DNA of 64,000 bases from assembly GCF_009914755.1 (NCBI RefSeq), contig NC_060927.1. One strand, given 5' to 3'. Shown here piece by piece: positions 1-11,705 of this stretch. The stretch is from the human T2T-CHM13v2.0 reference genome, Homo sapiens. The notes below the pieces were generated by a model. It was given only the letters and a program-made list of their open reading frames with translations. It ran no database searches and had not been told where the DNA came from. The translations under genes were made by a program, and so were the position numbers. Each line of letters begins with the position of its first letter. The stretch's first letter is position 1.

Positions 1-34
1 TTCCCAGGGTGTCTTCGGTGATGGAGCCTGGGCA

Positions 35-498
35 TGTAGTGGACATCTGTTGTTTTTGCCGGACCAACATCCACTCTCCATTCTTCTCATAACAACAACT
101 TGATTTTCTCTGGGGAACCATCTATTTTCCATTCTAAATTATTCCATTTTGGCTCAAATCCAAGCCAGACCTTCCAAAATTTTTCAATGGGCATTATTTC
201 TGGTGATTTTTCTGAAACTGTTGGAAAATGGAAGCTCTCATTCTGGCAGGATAGCTGATCTAGGAGGATGAAAGCCTGGCCATAATTCCACCACACACAG
301 AGATAATTCCTAAGAAAGAAGCCAATACAGAAACAAGCAGAAATGAGAGACAGAAAGAGACAGGTTTCTGACATCATTTGGACATATTGATTCATCTATG
401 CCTGAAGCCAGTTTGTGTTTTGCTCTAATAAATTACTTGTGCTTAGGTCAATTTAAGTAGGGTTTCTCTACTTGTTAATGAAAAAATTCTGGCTATTT
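35..498 (+). mobile_element. MLT1K/L-like solo LTR (ERVL-MaLR)
   Basis: Begins TGTAGTGGACATCTGTTGTTTTTGCC and ends with the MLT1-type tail (AATAAATT...TTTAAGTAGGGTTTCTCTACTTG...); subfamily tentative. Confidence 0.7.
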
Positions 499-869
499 CA
501 TATCATCTTTCATAGTGTGACTATAGAAAATTCAATGACTTAGAGAAAGCAGCTCTGGGTTTTAGGTAACAATAGATACATTGAGATATACCAGCCTAAC
601 AGTGGAAAAAATCCTGCCTTGCTAACTATGGCATTCTTTGTGCTGGAATTGGCGTAGGATGATGTTAGACTTCCAGATACACAAGACAGCTACCTATTTC
701 TGTGGCAAGGGAAAAGCCTCTCTGGGCTCTCAAACTATCCCATTTTTTTGCTAGTCTTTGACGTCTTAAAAATATTGACATTCATAATTAGAGAAAATGT
801 TCGATGTATAGAGATAGTATACTACGTGAAACCCGTACTGGTATATACATGACAAATATAATGTCATAC

Positions 870-1010
870 TACTTTACAGTTTGTATAATACTCTTTCATA
901 TATATCCTCTGTATAAACCGTCTCAGTAACTGGTGAGGTAGACCTTACCTAGTTTTCATAGATTAAGAATCGAAGAAGCAAAGTAACTTTAAGTTTACAC
1001 GGCTTATACA
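870..1010 (-). mobile_element. MIR fragment
   Basis: Degenerate reverse-complement MIR core (tttacagtttgtataatactctttcatatat...ggtgaggtag...ttttcatagattaagaa). Confidence 0.5.
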
Positions 1011-2644
1011 ATCTCTGCTTTTTCACAATTTGTTAAGAGGTTCCCCCCAAACCCCCAATATGAGCAATCTGACACAAGTCTGACTTCCGGAATAGGAGAG
1101 AAGTTTTGGGCAATGAGTTCTTGGTTGCGTAGAAAATTGGTGTCTTGAAATGAGGAAAAATTCTTAGAAATAGGACTGAGTATTGTGAAAATGACATTAT
1201 CAGTTTCTTAAACTTACATAGGGCCAGTCATGATCTGCATGGATCTCTGAGGATAGGAACTTAGGATATGTAGGGTCAGGATTTCTATGCCTATGCATAT
1301 TCTCTTTTAAGTCCATCATTGTCTTCTTTCAGCTGCCAGGATAATTACTTCTTATGGTCACATGAGATTTATCTGTTTACATTTCTAGACTCTAGAAGTT
1401 TTGTCCTCCCAAATGCCTTATAATGCCTGTAGAAATAGTAAAAATCAAATTATTTCTGTTTGTTGAAGTTTTATGAGCTTCCCTGAGACAATTTTCTGCC
1501 GTATGCTCATCAATTCCAAAATCAGGATCTGCTTGTGACAGGGAGGTAACATAATGGCAGCAATGTTGTGCTTTTTATGTAGGATGATTTTAACAATCTG
1601 TGCCAGTCAACAGAGACAGCTCTCCTGGGAAAGAAGCTATTGGAGATTCCATTGCCTGAGAATTTGGACTAACAAATTTAGGTCTATACAAAATTGGTGT
1701 CAAGTATATGCAGATATTTTTATATCAATTACAGTATGGTAGCTACTGTTGATCCATCTGCGTATGTACCTTATGGGTTTTTTCTTATCACACAAAGTTG
1801 GAACACAAGGGAGAGACATCAGTGAATAAAAATGTATCTTGCACTTTCTCTCTAATTTAGCATTTAAGAGCTTTACAATAATAGTTTGATCACTGTGTAA
1901 AGTGCAAATTCTAGGAGATATGAGTATGATCTATTTGTGCCTCATAATAAATATCGATGAAGTCTTACTGTCTTTCATTATTCTTAATAGAATTAAGATA
2001 TACTTAGAAATATTAGGGTAGTTTGGAAAGCGGGAATTAAGTATTCTGTTTACACAGAAAGAAATTTATGATGACATTGGAAGTTTAGATTAGGGAAATG
2101 GGAAAAGTGTGGTGGTATCATTTTGTGTCCATGTATTCTGACATTAATCTTTATTATAAATCCTTATTATATACAGCTCTTAAAATAATGGGTTTTAGTG
2201 AGAATTATAATAATTTTTAAGGAAGAAAGAAGAAGTAAAATAAAAATAGAAGTTTACAGGCAGAAAGCCAGAATTTGAGATACATTATGTCACTCATTAT
2301 CTGGATAAACTAGGCCAAAATAGTTTATTTTAAGGGGAACAATCTTACCTGCCAACTGATAGGGTACAAATAGATGATCTTTAAAATCATTCTAATGTGA
2401 ATACTTTGTAGTTCTATGATTAAAAGAGGGAAAACCCTACTTGTAAGTTATAGTTCATAAAGTACCCATGAGAATAAACTGCAAGACCAAAGGAATGAGC
2501 GACTTTTTTCTTTTGTTGTTCATGAGGAAGCATTTGGGAATTCTCAACTCCCAAACCTGTTTCTAATAGTGAGCTGGATGCAAGTTGTCTATGTAGAGCA
2601 GTGAGAATATTTTGAACCACTAAGAGGCAAACCAAGTTTAAAGG

Positions 2645-2780
2645 CTAATAATAATGACCTAACTGTAGTTAGTGCTTAATATATGGTAAGCCTGTATGAG
2701 ATGCTGAGCTCCATTATCATATTTCCTCTGACAACAAATCAGTGAGATGTAATGACTCTTATTACTCTCATGTACTTGGA
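2645..2780 (-). mobile_element. MIR fragment
   Basis: aataataatgacctaac...agtgcttaatatatgg...gacaacaaatcagtgagatg resembles the reverse-complement MIR 3' half. Confidence 0.45.
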
Positions 2781-2828
2781 CAAACATATTTTAAAAATAC
2801 ACATTACTTTCTCCTTTCTTTTACCTTG

Positions 2829-3199
2829 TGATATTGTTTGGTTGTGTTCCCACCCAAATCTCATCTTGAATTGTAGTTTCTATAATATTCACGTGTCGTG
2901 GAAGGGACCCAGTGGAAGGTAATTTAATCATGGGAGTGGTTGCCCTCATGCTGTTCTCATGATAGTGAGTGAGTTCTCATGAGATCTGATGGTTTTATAA
3001 GGGGCTTTTCCCCTTTGCTTACCACTTCTCCTTGCTGCTGCCACGTGAAGGATGTGTTTTCTTCCCCTTATGCCATTATTGTAAGTTTCCTGAGGGCTCC
3101 CCAGCTGTGCTGAACTGTGAGTCAATTAAACCTCTTTCCCTTATAAATTACTCAGTCTTGGGTATGTCTTTATTAGCAGTGTGAGAACAGAATAATACA
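2829..3199 (+). repeat. THE1 5' LTR
   Basis: TGATATTGTTTGGTTGTGTTCCCACCCAAATCTCATCTTGAATTG...TTTTATAAGG...ATTAAACC...AATAATACA. Confidence 0.95.
2920..2930 (+). promoter_or_regulatory. DUX4-type double-homeodomain motif in the 5' LTR
   Basis: TAATTTAATCA fits TAAYYYAATCA; MaLR LTRs are established DUX4-bound elements; binding here is unproven. Confidence 0.55.
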
Positions 3200-4752
3200 G
3201 TAAATTAGTACTGCAGAGAGTGGGGTGCTGCTCTAAAGAGACATGAAAATGTGGAAGCGACTTTTGACCTGGGTAACAGGCAGACTTTGGAACAGTTAGG
3301 AGGGCTCAGAACAAGACAGGAAGATGTGGGAAAGTTGGAAACTCCCTAGAGACTTGTTGAGTGGCTTTGACCAAAATGCTGATAGTGATGTGGACAATGA
3401 AGTCCAGGCTGAAGTGGTCTCAGATGGAGATGAGGAACTTGTTGGGAATTGGAGTAGATGTCACCCTTGATATGCAAAGAGACTGGTAGCATTTTGCCAC
3501 TGTCTTAGAGATCTGTGGAACTAGGAACTTGAGAGAGATGATTTGGCATATCTGGTGGAAGAAATTTGTGAGCTGCAAAGCATTCAAGAAGAAGCAAGAT
3601 ATAAAAGTCTGAAAAATTTGCAGTCTGATGATGTGATAGAAAATATTTTTTCTATCTGTTATCTTTTTGGGGAGAAATTCAAGCCTGCTGCAGAAATTTG
3701 CATAAGTAATTAGGAGCCAAATGTTAATCACCAAGACAATGGGGAAGATGTCACCAGGGCATGTCAGAGACATTCACAGCAGCCCCTTCCATCACAGGCC
3801 TGTAGACCTAAAAGGGACAAATGGTTTTATGGGCCAGGCCCAGGCTCCCCCTGTTCTAATGCAGCCTCCAGACATGGTGCCCCGCATCCCAGTTTTTTCA
3901 GCTCCAGCCATGGCTAAAATGGGCTAATGTACAGCTTAGGCCATTGCTTCAGAGGGCACAAGCCCCAAGCCTTGGTGGTGTACATGTGGCATTGATATTG
4001 TGGGTGCATGGAGTCAATAACTGAGGGAGAACCTCTGCCTAGATTTCAGAGGATGTATGGAAATGCCTGAATGTCCAGGCAGAAGTTTGCTGCAGGGGTA
4101 GAGCCCTCATGGAGAACCTCTGCTAGGGCAGTGCAGAAGGGAAGTGTGGTATCGGAGCCCCCACATGGAGACCCCACTGGGGCACTCACTGCCCTAGTGG
4201 AGCTGTGAGAAGACAGCCACCATCCTCCAGACCTCAGAATGGTAGATCCACCAATACCTTGCACCATGCACCTATAAAAGCTGCAGATACTTAACACCAG
4301 TCAATGAAAGCAGCCAGGAGCGGGGGTTGTACCCTGCAAAGCCACAAGGCTAGAGCTGCCCAAGGCAGTGGGAGCCCACCTCGTGCATCAACATGACCTG
4401 GATGTGAGACATGGAGTCAAAGGAGATCATTTTGGAGCTTTAAGATTTGACTCCCCACTGGATTTCAGACTTGGATGGGGCCTGTAGTCCCTTTGTTTTG
4501 GCCAATTTCCCCCATTTAGAATGGGTCTATTTACCCAATGCATGTACCGCCATTGTATCTAGGAAGTGACTAACTTGCTTTTAATTTTACAGGCTCATAG
4601 TTGAAAGCAACTTGCCTTATCTCAGCTAAGACTATGGACTTAGATTTTTGTTTAATGCTGAAATGAACTAAGAAATTAGGGAACTGTTGGAAAGGGCATG
4701 ACTGTGTTTTGAAATGTGAGGATGTGAGATCTTGGAGCAGCCAGGGACAGAA
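3200..4752 (+). mobile_element. THE1 internal region (decayed)
   Basis: Starts GTAAATTAGTACTGCAGAGAGTGGGG...AAAATGTGGAAGCGACTTT, typical of THE1-int; only short broken ORFs. Confidence 0.92.
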
Positions 4753-5121
4753 TGATATGGCTGTGTTCCCATCCAAATCTCATTTTGAATTGTAATCCTC
4801 ATGATCCTAACATGTCATGGGAGGAACCCAGTGGAAGGTAATTTAATCATGGAGGCAGTTACCGTCATGCTATTCTTGTGATACTGAGTGCATTCTCATG
4901 AGATCTGATGGTTTTATAAGGGGATTTTCCCCTTTGCTTGCCACTTCTCCTTGCTGTCGCCATGTGAAGAAGGACATGTTTTCTTCCCCTTCTGCCATCA
5001 TTGTAAGTTTCCTGAGGCCTCCCCAGCTGGGCTGAACTGTGAGTCAATTAAACCTCTTTTCTTTATAAATTATCCCATCTCCAGTATGTCTTTATTAGCA
5101 GTGTGAGAATGAATTAATACA
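4753..5121 (+). repeat. THE1 3' LTR
   Basis: TGATATGGCTGTGTTCCCATCCAAATCTC...GAATTAATACA; colinear with the 5' LTR. Confidence 0.95.
4839..4849 (+). promoter_or_regulatory. DUX4-type motif in the 3' LTR
   Basis: Identical TAATTTAATCA at the homologous LTR position. Confidence 0.55.
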
Positions 5122-5139
5122 CCTTGTAAGGAGATAAGT

Positions 5140-5146
<7 letters not shown>

Positions 5147-5171
<25 letters not shown>

Positions 5172-5175
5172 TGTT
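5147..5175. repeat. (TTG)n microsatellite
   Basis: About 9 consecutive TTG units. Confidence 0.95.
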
Positions 5176-6111
5176 TTGTTTCAGTTAGGCATTATCCAGC
5201 TTAAAATTGAAAAAAAAAAACTAAAAACAAGAACGGTGGTAGGTTAAGATGCATTAGAAAGGCCATTTTTTTTGCACAAGATGGCTGTTTATGCTCAGGT
5301 GCACTCTTACTTCAAACTCATAGCAATGGTAGATAAAATCTAAGAATAAAAAGACAAAACATAACAGCCCCAAATCAAAATAAACACCTACGTGGACTCG
5401 AAACAGAACAGACTCACAAAGTGCTGAGTAGGCAGAAACTTTACACTTGGTGGATATGGGTTCAGAAGAAGGGTGAGTCTGGAAACCAACTCTTTGGGGT
5501 AAGGAACACTAAAAAGTACTTTTTGTAAGACTACCAACTAGAACAGGTGTCATCGGTAAAAGTCAGAGGTTGAGTGGAAATCTGTAGAAATGGTGACTTT
5601 AAAAACTTGTTAACATGTTTTCTAGGGCTACAGATTTATAGATAGTTATGGACCTAAGGATGTGGGAGGACAAAGATGTAGCTCTGCATCTAGGTACAAA
5701 TTGTGGCCCTCCTTTTGTAATCCCCAGCAACTGGATCTGAGATATGCTGTAGAATATTGTGGAAAAAGAAATCTAGAATGTCATTGTAAGATAAAACCAC
5801 AAAACTAATCTACAGGGGCATATGATAGGAGAGTAAAGCAAAAAACGTCAAAAACAATTGAAAAGGCATTACAAATTAAAAATGAGGCTGCAACTCCAAA
5901 TTCCAAAGTGCGTAAACATATCTAATGATAAAAGTTACCAACAAAATAGACAACCAGTACGTAAATTCATTCCCGATGAAAGTAATTTTATAGAAAAGAC
6001 AGCAAAAAGTTAAAATAAGTATGTTTAGAATACTCACAAAGATAAATGAAATTTGAATTTTATTTGCTAGAAAAATAAAGATGCAAAACAAGCAAAAATC
6101 AGACAAGAATA

Positions 6112-6245
6112 TGGATACACATGTGTGTATAACACACATACAAACACATATGCATGTATACATACATGCATGCCATTTATACATATATACATATGTTTGT
6201 GTGTATCTATATTCATATTTCTATCTATGTCTATACATATCTAGA
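6112..6245. repeat. (CA/TA/TG)-rich low-complexity tract
   Basis: Alternating purine-pyrimidine run acacatgtgtgtataacacacatacaaacacatatgcatgtatacatac... Confidence 0.8.
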
Positions 6246-6829
6246 CATCTTCAGAATGAAATTATTCACATTTAGAACCTGAAGAAATAAATAAAAAGTA
6301 AACTCTAAACTAGACACCATTAAAAAAAGAATTAGTGGAACAAAGGATAGTTCTCAGCCAGGATGCGAGTTAAGGCAAGAACAAGACAAAATGTACACAG
6401 GTTTTAAGAAACATAGGAGATAGATGAAGAGGCAAAGTCTGGCCAAAAAAGATGCAGAAAATAGAAGTAAGGTTAGAGAAGTAACATTTGAGGAGATAAC
6501 AGCAAACAGTTTTTCAGAATGGAAGAAACACAAGAAACTTCATATAAAAAAACACTTTGAATAGTTTGCAAAATAAAAAAAAATAAACCCACAACTCGAA
6601 AAATCATTCCAAAATTACAAATTATGACAGAAAACTTTAATGACTACAATTATCTCCCAGAAAGAAAGACATTTCTTACAAAGAAGTAGCATTTATATTA
6701 ATACTAGGCATTTCTTCAACAACTGTAAAAACTAGAAAGAAAATCACTATTTTTTAAGTGCTGAAGGAAGATAATTGCCAAGTTAGAATTTTTTTCCCAA
6801 CTAAGTTATTTTTTTTAAAATAAGCTCAA

Positions 6830-6832
<3 letters not shown>

Positions 6833-6869
<37 letters not shown>
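6833..6869 (+). repeat. Poly(A)37
   Basis: 37 uninterrupted A. Confidence 0.97.
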
Positions 6870-6872
<3 letters not shown>

Positions 6873-9299
6873 AAGGGAAAAGGTATCATAGTTTTAAGCT
6901 TATAAAGACTGACTTTTTATACTCCAGGTAGTCACTAAACAATTATTAAAGGATGGTATTAATAATATTATTTTTGTCAAAACTTAAAAAGTTAAAATGC
7001 TAAATTCTAAGTAACTAAAAGTTATATTGTAATAATGAAAATGTTAAATGTAATCAGTAAATACTAATTTATTAAAGATCATCATATTGGCTTTTTAGAA
7101 TTCACTAATGTGTTGTCTATAAATGACACTTCTATAAATAAATCACACCAAAATATTGAAACCTTGATAAGTAAAAAGATGTTATGTTATTTCTTACTGT
7201 CAGCTCATGTATCAGATAAAATAGAATCTAATTTAATCAAGATGTGCCCCATATTATAATTTAAAACAAGATGTAGCCATCATGAACTTGGATGCACTTA
7301 AAAACATAGCCTTAAAATATATGAGCCCAAACTGTTAAAGTCATGAGACCAAAAAAATAGCTTATTTCTATCATATGTTAAAACATACCATAAAACTATA
7401 GCAATTTAAAAAGTGCTGGGCTACAAAAGTAGAACATTTGAATAGAATGGAGGACTTAATTAGATCATGCATATGCAGAAACTTGTTTTATTGAGCATGT
7501 GACATAGCAAAGTCATGGAATTTTGCTATTATAGACATATGTTTATGTTTCAATAAAAGATGTTGGGTGCAGTGGTTTTGGAAACAGAAAGAGTTCTTTA
7601 AAATACAATCTAATGTCTTAAAACAAAGGGAAACAATAAGTTTGATGGCATTAAGTAATTCTGATGAAAGAAGAATCAAATTTGAGAAGAAAGGGGTTTC
7701 TGAGGAAAGAAGCCTGGGCAGGGCTAGAGTTTTCCAATGGAGAAAGTGAAAGTTTATGGAGGCAGTTTTTTGGAGGAGCAGGAATTTGAGGAAAGAGGTG
7801 AAGAGAAAAATTCTTAAAGGTTTCCTTCTGTGTTATGTAATGTTACACCTTACTGCAGTAAATGCTTTGAGCTGAGACACCTGCATATGAAAAATGTGAT
7901 AGAATTGCATTTCTATCAAAAATTTATTAGACCTAAAATATCTAAACATTAAGACTTTAAATCATTTTTATAGAATATCAAAATATTTTATGTAGAGTGA
8001 ATAAAAACTTTTCACAATTTTCAAGCATACTAGTTTTAGTCAATAAAAGACAATTTTTTTTAAAGTTCTACTTTTATACATGTAGTAGAAAATTTGGGAC
8101 TAATTACTTCAAGAGACTTTGTAAACTGAAAACCTAGAAAGATTATTTAAATAAAATATTGTCTAATATATTCACATTTTGTTCACAATTAATAAAAAAG
8201 GTAACACATATGGTGTCCCAACCTTCTTTCAATGTGGCAGTCAAAGATGAAACCCAGTATGGCAATTTTTTTCTGTCTAATGCTGTTCAGGAGATTCTAG
8301 GTAACTCATTTAATATTAATGTGTACAATCTATAAATATATCTGAGGTTTTATCTTTTGTGTATTGCTATTGCCACATAGAGCTTAATTTTCTTACACTC
8401 TTTTTTCTCTATAACACCTTAGTGTATGCGTGTGTGCAACCACACACTCAAGTGTTTACCTTGTGTTGTACAAGCTCTTTGTAAGTGCCTTGCTCTAATT
8501 TAGCTAATCTCTGAAAACTGCTAGAAGATAGTATACTGCTTGATAGTTGGGCCAGAATCTCAGTGAGACCAAGTGTCACCCATTGCTAGTCACAGTATGA
8601 TCGTTGATCATAACTGAGGAGCTAAAGCAGGTCTGAACTCAGATACATCTGAGGTGTGAGTAACCTAGATCCTACCACACCACCCTGAAGTAGCCAGGGA
8701 ATCACCGAAATTGAGAAAAAAGGAAAAGAAAGAGAAAAGCAATGAGAAGCAATGCATTTGGAAAAGAGAGAGCCACAAATAAGAAGGATTACATTGTGAA
8801 ATTTTTAAAGGGAAATATATAATGGAATTAGAACTAGATTTTAGACCTAGATAAAAATTTGAAGAATGCAAAAATTGTCTTCAGTATGCTTCTAGCCTAC
8901 TTAATTGTTTTTTTTCCCCCTCAATTGTATCCAAAACTTATTCCAGATAACCAGGCTCTCAAAATATTTCTGTCACCTAATAATTGCCTTCTACTCTCCA
9001 CCTCACCCCAGGGAATATCCCATCCAGGCTTACCCTCTTAATTTATGAGTCATATTCTTATATTTCCCTGTGCCCCATAACCAAAAAACTGTCTTCTTTT
9101 TTATTGTTTCAAAGCCCTCTTAGACAATGGATTACATAATTGATTATGACCACAAGCAAACCAATTGGTTAACAAGGGGAGGCAAAGGTCATGTTGGCGA
9201 GCACACACTAGCAACTTGGGTGAATTAACTTCCTTTTTCTGGACTTACCTGTCTCATCTTTAAAACAATCATATCTGATGCAACTGAGTGTCAATCTGT

Positions 9300-9825
<526 letters not shown>

Positions 9826-9849
9826 ATTTCCCAGTACCACAAGGCATTG

Positions 9850-10107
9850 GATTGGAACATTTCCTAATGTGTTTTGTGGATCAGTATGACAGCTGAAAAA
9901 GATGAATTTTAAATAATTTGGGGAAATATGAATTTAAAGAAAACCATCTTCTGAAATCCTTTACTATTGTTAATGTGATTATTACCACCAGAATGAAAAC
10001 ATTATACATAGCATTCTCTAAACTCATTATGACCACAGAATCTGCCATTTTCCCAAAATAATCTGTGGAGCTTGCATTCTATAGAAGTCACTTTATGAAT
10101 TGCTGTG
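9850..10107 (-). mobile_element. hAT-Charlie MITE, MER103C-like
   Basis: aaataatttggggaaat...cctttactattgttaatgtg...gcattctctaaactcattatgaccacagaa matches the recalled MER103C structure. Confidence 0.55.
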
Positions 10108-10892
10108 CCAGAAAACTAGTTTGTTCTAACCCTTTCATTTTATAGTCTATGATTTTTAAAGTGTTAGTGGGCCAAAGAAGCTTATTTTATCACACCTCCC
10201 AGATGGCAATTGCATGTTAGTAAGCATGTAAGAATTAAGTAATTATAACAGTCAGTGCAGCAAGGCCTTCAGATTTTAGAGTGGGTAGGACTTCTGATGT
10301 TCTTAAAAATCGCAGTAATTCAATTCATGGAAAGTTTATGGATAATAAGCTTTGTGAAAATGTTAAACTAGTCATAGCTGCAAAATATGAGGAAATACGA
10401 AACCTGATCCCTGTACTCAAAGAGTTACACTTGAGATTGCAGAGCTCAGGCATCTAAAATATGAATCCACCTCCTTATAAACAACACATATGATATAACT
10501 GGTGATTGAAAAGTTGAGTGGTACTCTGCCTATAAATAATTGCTTCTTTATTGACCTTCATCCCTTTCTTTTTCCTAAAGAAAAATTGCAAGCATCATAT
10601 TTAGCTGTTACAATAATCTACAATCTGTATGTTTTGAGTAGTGCTTTCTCTTGTTTTTTTACTTTTCTTTCAAATACTTCTGCTTTTAGAGTACAGATGA
10701 TTGTATGCTGATAGCCTTTGCAAAAAGTTCTGTACTTGAATTTTCTTTTATCAGTTTATTTATATAGGTGATAATCGTGTAATTTACACATTTAGAGAAC
10801 TGTACCCAAACAAAGAGAACAGATTTTAAGTAATGAATTTATTTTACCTAAGCTCATTTTCCCTTCTAAGCTTGAGTTTCATTCACTGCATG

Positions 10893-11176
10893 CAGTTGTC
10901 CCTCAAAATCTGTAGATGATTTGGTCCAGAACACCCTGGGGACACCAAATTCTGCACATACACTCAAATCTGGCAGTCAGCCCTGCAGAATGCATGAACA
11001 CAAAATGTCAGCCCTCCATAGATGCATGTTTCGCATCCCACAAATACTGTATTTTCAATCCGTGTATGGTTATGGATGTGGAACACGGAGGTAGAGAGAG
11101 CTGACTGTATTATTGAAAAAGTCTGCATATAAGTGGACTTTCAAAGTTCAAACCCCTATTGTTTAATGGTCAACTG
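10893..11176 (+). mobile_element. Tigger2-derived MITE (MER8-like)
   Basis: TIRs CAGTTGTCCCTC...GGTCAACTG followed by TA; internal gcatataagtggac...gttcaaaccc. Confidence 0.85.
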
Positions 11177-11319
11177 TAGTTGATTGGAAACTTTTCAGAA
11201 ATTTTACTTTCCACACATATAAAAAAAGTAATCATTGACTACACCATTAGGAGCAACCATTTTTGGTCTTTTTCCTCCATGAAATAAAGTTCTAAGGCCT
11301 TTGTCAAGTATTCAAGTTT

Positions 11320-11705
11320 TTTTAAAATCTAGTTTCCAACTCCCTCTTCCATTCCCAAATTACTTCCCACAATTCACCTTCTCATGCTCTTATATTTGAG
11401 CTAAACTCAGTTACTTGCACTTCCTCATACAAAGACAATGACATCCAGTCAGGCTAAATGCTCTTTGCCTGTTTTCTAAATGATTTTTTATTACCTTTCT
11501 AAAGGTTTGATAATTCTTAGTTGAAAATATTCACTATCTTGTCATCTGTAACCCTCTATGTCTTAAAAAATGTCCATTTTATAGTGGTCATACATTCTAA
11601 TAAACTGAAACCCAACAGTCAAGTCCCAATTTACCCTTGCAACTTCTATAGCATTTAACCAAACCATTATGAATATAATGGATGCTATATAAATGATTTT
11701 GAATG
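11320..11705 (+). mobile_element. L2 3' fragment
   Basis: Pyrimidine-rich L2-like body ending tatataaatgattttgaatg. Confidence 0.5.

Larger units (their letters stand above)
2829..5121 (+). mobile_element. Full-length THE1 (THE1C/D-like) MaLR: LTR-internal-LTR
   Basis: Two homologous ~370-bp LTRs with TG...CA ends flank a THE1 internal region; perfect 5-bp TSD CCTTG at 2824-2828 and 5122-5126. Confidence 0.95.
5800..7500 (+). mobile_element. Old L1M (L1ME-like) remnant: ORF1 C-terminus, ORF2 N-terminus, ORF2 late fragment
   Basis: 6660-6810 echoes ORF1 (TYKG..I.L..DFS..T..AR..W..IFKVLKE.NCQ.RI..P.KL); 7040-7330 echoes the EN start (LNVN...CCL..TH); 7370-7490 echoes YYKATVIKTVW... Confidence 0.7.

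Noticed and set aside
7690-8720. Possible very old LTR fragments at ~7690-7875 and ~8520-8720
   Set aside because: Composition is suggestive, but I cannot match termini or a family
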